Assembly: GCF_016432865.1 (NCBI RefSeq)
Contig: NC_067398.1
Coordinates: 97,402,001-97,466,000, forward strand
Origin: Antechinus flavipes
Taxonomy: Eukaryota
Direction: 5' to 3'
Length of the DNA stretch: 64,000 nt
Shown: one piece after another, positions 60,070 through 64,000 of the stretch
Layout: each line of letters starts with the position of its first letter
Numbering within the stretch: the first letter of the stretch is position 1
The notes under the pieces: generated by a model
Told to the model about the DNA's origin: nothing
Database searches by the model: none
What the model saw: the letters and a program-made list of their open reading frames with translations, nothing else
Made by a program: the position numbers and the translations under genes

Positions 60070-60237
60070 TCTCAGACACTAATAGGCTGTTTGATCCTGG
60101 ATAAGTCACTTAACCTTGTATGCCTTAGTTTCCACATCTATAAAATGAGCTGGAAAAGGAAATGGCAAATCACTCCAGTGTCTGCCAAGAAAACTCTAAA
60201 TGGAGTCATGAAGCATCAGTTACAACTGAATGAATGA
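60070..60237 (+). mobile_element. MAR1 3' part, about 90% identical to 58376-58546
   Basis: Shares ggctgtttgatcctgg, tttccacat and atgaagcatcagttacaactga with the 58.3-kb copy only. Confidence 0.88.
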
Positions 60238-61689
60238 ACAGTTCTGACTGCATCACCTTCCCACCCCTATTCAATAAAATCCAGTGGCTCCCTGTTACCT
60301 CCAAGATCAAATACAAAAATCCTTTGCTTTTTAAAACCCTTCACAATCGTGGCCAATTCCTACTTTCCAGTCTTCTTACAATTTATTCCTTTCCATATAT
60401 TCTACAATCCTAGTGACATGGACATATTGATTCTTCCTTACACATAATCTCCTGATTTTATTTTTTCATTGTTTATCTCTATGACTCCTCATCTCTGTTT
60501 CCTTATTTCTATAAATTCCTTTAAAATTGGGCTCAAATCCCATCTTCTTCAAGAAAAATCCCCCAGTCCTCCCCACACAATCAGAACCTCTCTTTTGAGG
60601 TTCCATCTACCTTGTCATTTACACTGTAGATACCTTAAAAGTTGATAACTGTTCTGTGCATTCTTTAAGATCAAAGAAGATATTTGGGGCTTTTTTTAGT
60701 ACAGTGTCTGACACTTAGTAAACAACAAATTCTATTGACTAGCTGACTGAATGAATGAAAAGCATTTTCTGTGCTAAGTGTTAGAGATACAAATAGAAAA
60801 AATATGTATCCTCTGCTCTCTACATAGAGAAGGTTTCAGCTTTGAGTCAGAAAAAAAGATTTTATGGCCAAAAAGTAGAGTGACAAAGCAGATGATAATG
60901 CCTCTTTGTATGTTATTTTCACCGATAAAATCATATCATTTTCTAAAGTTGAACCATTTGACAGTGACAAGGACTTTGGTGGGCAGAATTTTCTTGGGGG
61001 GAGGAGGGGTTCCTTAAGCTGTAGTGGTTATCGCACCTGCAGGTGGTTGCCAGACCAGACATGAGAATAGTTTCTTGGATGATGTCTCTGAAGGACTGAC
61101 TGGAAGCAGAATTGATAGCTGGGTGTAGGATGGGTAAGTGCTACAACTTCTGACTTTCTTGGGAATCCAGTTGTAAAAAATTTAAAATGTCAAATGGAGG
61201 AGTTTATATTTGATCAGAGAGGTAAAAGGAAGCTACTGGGATTTATTGATAGAAAACTTTTGTAGACATCAGGGAAGAAACCAGTGAATAGGGAGAGATT
61301 GAAAATTATACCTTCACTATAGGTGAAGGTCCACTCTTGTATGTTGCTTAGAGGTTCTACAGTGCAATGTGGAAAAAGACTCAATAACAAAAGGCCTCTA
61401 CCTAGGTTTGGTGAATTAATTGTTGATAGGACAATGAGTAAAGGAATTGATGAAGAACGTTCTAATTATATTAAATAATATCACCAATCTAACCTTTCCT
61501 CTTTTCTTGGATTTTTTTGTGGATATTAAATTAATCTAGGTTTATGTATAATAATAGGAGAATGCAGCCCAGCTCCAATGCATTTGCTAAGTTCCTACGC
61601 AAGGTACTGGGTCAAAAGTTAGGGGATTAAAGAATAAATAAACTACTCCCTGTTTTATATTCTATTGAATATTATGTTCTATTGGAAAA

Positions 61690-62275
61690 GTAGAGAACTA
61701 CAGACCTGGAAAGAAATACAGGTGCTATGTTACATAATCTGGACCTGATCAGGCTATATCCTATCTTTATGCCCTTAAAGGGTCAATCAGTTTTTGCTTG
61801 AGAATATCCTGTTAGAAAAAGCTCACTATCACCAGAGATTGTGCATTACCCTTTTAGTTAGTTCCAATTGATGGAAAATATATCCTTCCTTGAAACCAAA
61901 ATCTATCTGTCTACAACATGTCCTGTCCCTTCACCCTGTAACATCCCATTTCTCTTAGTATTATTAGTCTTTGGAACAAAGCACAGTAAGTCAAATCCTT
62001 CTTCTACACAATAGCCTCTTAAATTATATAAAACTATCTATTGTGTTCTCCTTAAATCTTTTATTCCAACTTTTTCATCCCTTCAACCTTATTATGTACT
62101 GTATGGACTCCAGTTCCTGTATTATTCTGGTTGCTCATCTGCAGCTGCTTTCGTCCTACTCTCCAAGGAAGACACTCTCCATCTTCCTAAAATATGGATC
62201 TTAAAGCTAAACGCACATCCTTCAGGCATATCATTATTATCTCCCTAATTCTCAACATTATAACTCCAGTAAAAT
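61690..62275 (-). mobile_element. L3/CR1 3' region (decayed)
   Basis: gtttttgcttgagaatatcc...gcacagtaagtcaaatccttcttctacacaatagcc...ctctccatcttcctaaaatatgg. Confidence 0.6.
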
Positions 62276-62529
62276 GTATGCAACTTAAGGGCAGGAACTG
62301 GTTTCATGTTTACCTTTGAAAGCCTAACACCCAGCATGGTACCTGACATGAAATTAATGAAGATTAATATGATTTAACTCTTTTGTTTGCCATGTCACAT
62401 TGTTGACATCCAATGAGCTTAAAGATCTTTTAAAAAGATGCAGGGAAGTTATGGATAAATGAAATCCACGCATAATATTCTCCATGTCAAATTCACTTTC
62501 AACCACTTTCCCACACGAAACCTTTGGTT

Positions 62530-62665
62530 TGTTGTTGTTGTTGTTATTGTTGAGTCATTCAGTTATATTTTGTGACCCCTTTGGGGGTTTTCTTGGCATG
62601 ATACTGGAGTGGTCTGCCATTTCCTTCTTCAGTCCACTTTACAGATGAGGAACTAAGTCAAAAGT
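62530..62665 (-). mobile_element. MAR1 3' fragment
   Basis: gtgacccctttgggggttttcttggcatgatactggagtggtctgccatttccttcttcag...ttacagatgaggaac. Confidence 0.8.
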
Positions 62666-64000
62666 AGCAAACATGAAATGATCAGAGTTGTACCCCTTTT
62701 CTCTAAAAGAACAATCTTTTGATGTTAAGAATTTCTGCTAAAAAGCCTCTCCATTTTGAAAAAGTATATAGATATTAGGAAAAGGTCTGCAAAAGCAAGA
62801 GAAAAAACAGGACAATTTAGCCCTGGATGATGAATAGTTGTCTCTGGCAGCATCCTATCTTTCCCATGATGACAATTGTAGAGCAAAATGTTTTGGTCAA
62901 TGTATAGATATCTCTTTCCTTTACCATGCTCCATATGTAGTAATATTTTTCCTTTGGTTCATTACCTCTGCAAAGCTCCTTTTCATCTGTCTACATTAGA
63001 CTTCATTATCCATTTATTGGCTCCACCATTGATCCAAACAATTCTGATTCTGGTAACCTTGTTTTTCATCATTCAATGTGAATACATTGAAGTCACATGG
63101 AAAACTTAAAAATAAAAAAGTCTCTCCAAATTCCTCCAGTCCCCAGGATGACCCCACTCATAATCTCCTTCCCTTTGATTCAAAAAAAGTGTGTTGCTTC
63201 TTATGCTTTCCTAACCTGAAAATAACCATGCTGACTTAGCATAAGCTTCCCATAAAACTTGCCCTTCTGGGATCAGCCTTCAAACTTGGAAAGTTTCAGT
63301 CCCGAAGGAGAATTTATCAGAAAGTTATGAGTGACTGAAATAGGAGGGGTGGGAGTTTGTTGGGAGCAGGGCACAATCGAGGTTGTTTTACAGCCCTTGT
63401 GATCACATTCCTGTCCGTGAATGTTCAACTATTCCCCCAAGTACCACCCTTCCCCATGACCCTTGGCAAAAAGCATCAGTGCTGTGTACACCCCGTTGAA
63501 AATGAAAATTAGAAGCATTACAAACAAAGCTACTTCCCATGGTAAAAAGAGTCTCTTGGATCAAGTTTTCTCTCTAAGGTCACTGAAAATGACAACTCAT
63601 TTCTTCTCCACTAGCCAAATTCTGTCCTCAGTTGTACACATGTGGATCCCATTGAAGTCAGGGAGGTCCCAAAAACCCCTGGGTCCCTCCTTGGTGGCAT
63701 GTTATTTAGATTGAACATTAAAGAGCTACCTGCAGGAAAGTTGGAGGCTCTGCCTGTAATGGATCCACTTACTAACTCCCATGTCACAGTTCAAAGACAA
63801 TCAGCCCGGTTTTGCTGGGTGGGAAACCTTCTCCTTCCATGCTTGAGAGTCAGAATAATCATGTAGGGAAAGAAAGAGAATCCTGGCCCAGGGACTTAGT
63901 AATGAACACAAAAGAAATACTGCTACAAGGAATTTCTGTGATTGCTCTCATGTCTTTTTGTAGTTTATTAGAGTCTCGGTAACGGGGAAGCAAAAAACAT

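Larger units (their letters stand above)
59000..60750 (+). mobile_element. Two successive L2 copies carrying nested MER63-like and MAR1 inserts
   Basis: caagctttcattgccacccactaagattactgtaat...ctgtgctcagaaacctctggtgactcc; the second copy starts ccctattcaataaaatccagtggctccctgttacctccaagatcaaatac and ends gactagctgactgaatgaatg. Confidence 0.75.

Noticed and set aside
61042-61140. cag|gtgg...tgg|gtaagt exon candidate
   Set aside because: Stops in all frames, a weak pyrimidine tract, and it lies in decayed L2-like sequence.
1-64000. Host gene identity, CpG-island promoter, tRNA/rRNA genes, ERV/LTR, NUMT, intact transposase or ORF2
   Set aside because: None is recognisable. tRNA-like A/B boxes belong to SINE heads, and L1 orientations are balanced, giving no hint of a host-gene strand.

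Overview
This is a 64-kb AT-rich, CpG-poor, non-coding mammalian window. It is almost certainly from a marsupial and probably a dasyurid (Tasmanian devil/dunnart group), judged from WSINE1-type and MAR1 CORE-SINEs and dasyurid-type young L1 3' ends. All repeat family names are recalled from memory and were not searched. I recognise no protein-coding exon. The listed ORFs are short chance ORFs, low-complexity or N-spanning artefacts, or L1/L2 ORF2 relics. Roughly half the window is old interspersed repeat (MIR/MIR3, MAR1, WSINE1, L1, L2, L3/CR1, hAT-type DNA transposon relics), plus microsatellites and nine N gaps totalling about 1.7 kb. The rest is unique sequence. Several unique blocks retain CpGs and carry clustered TALE/HOX/homeodomain/E-box motifs, consistent with enhancer-like elements in a large intron or gene desert near a developmental gene (inferred, no alignment available). 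The most notable structures I can see directly are: (i) four short (25-170 bp) direct copies of local sequence 1.7-2.6 kb from their source; (ii) an internal L1 ORF2 fragment with an 11-bp target-site duplication (TSD) and no poly(A); (iii) a TSD-flanked 3'UTR-like retrocopy; (iv) a hairpin/pseudoknot-capable unique island; (v) a few splice-competent non-coding exon candidates and hairpins. I see no convincing evidence of a new multi-gene biological system.
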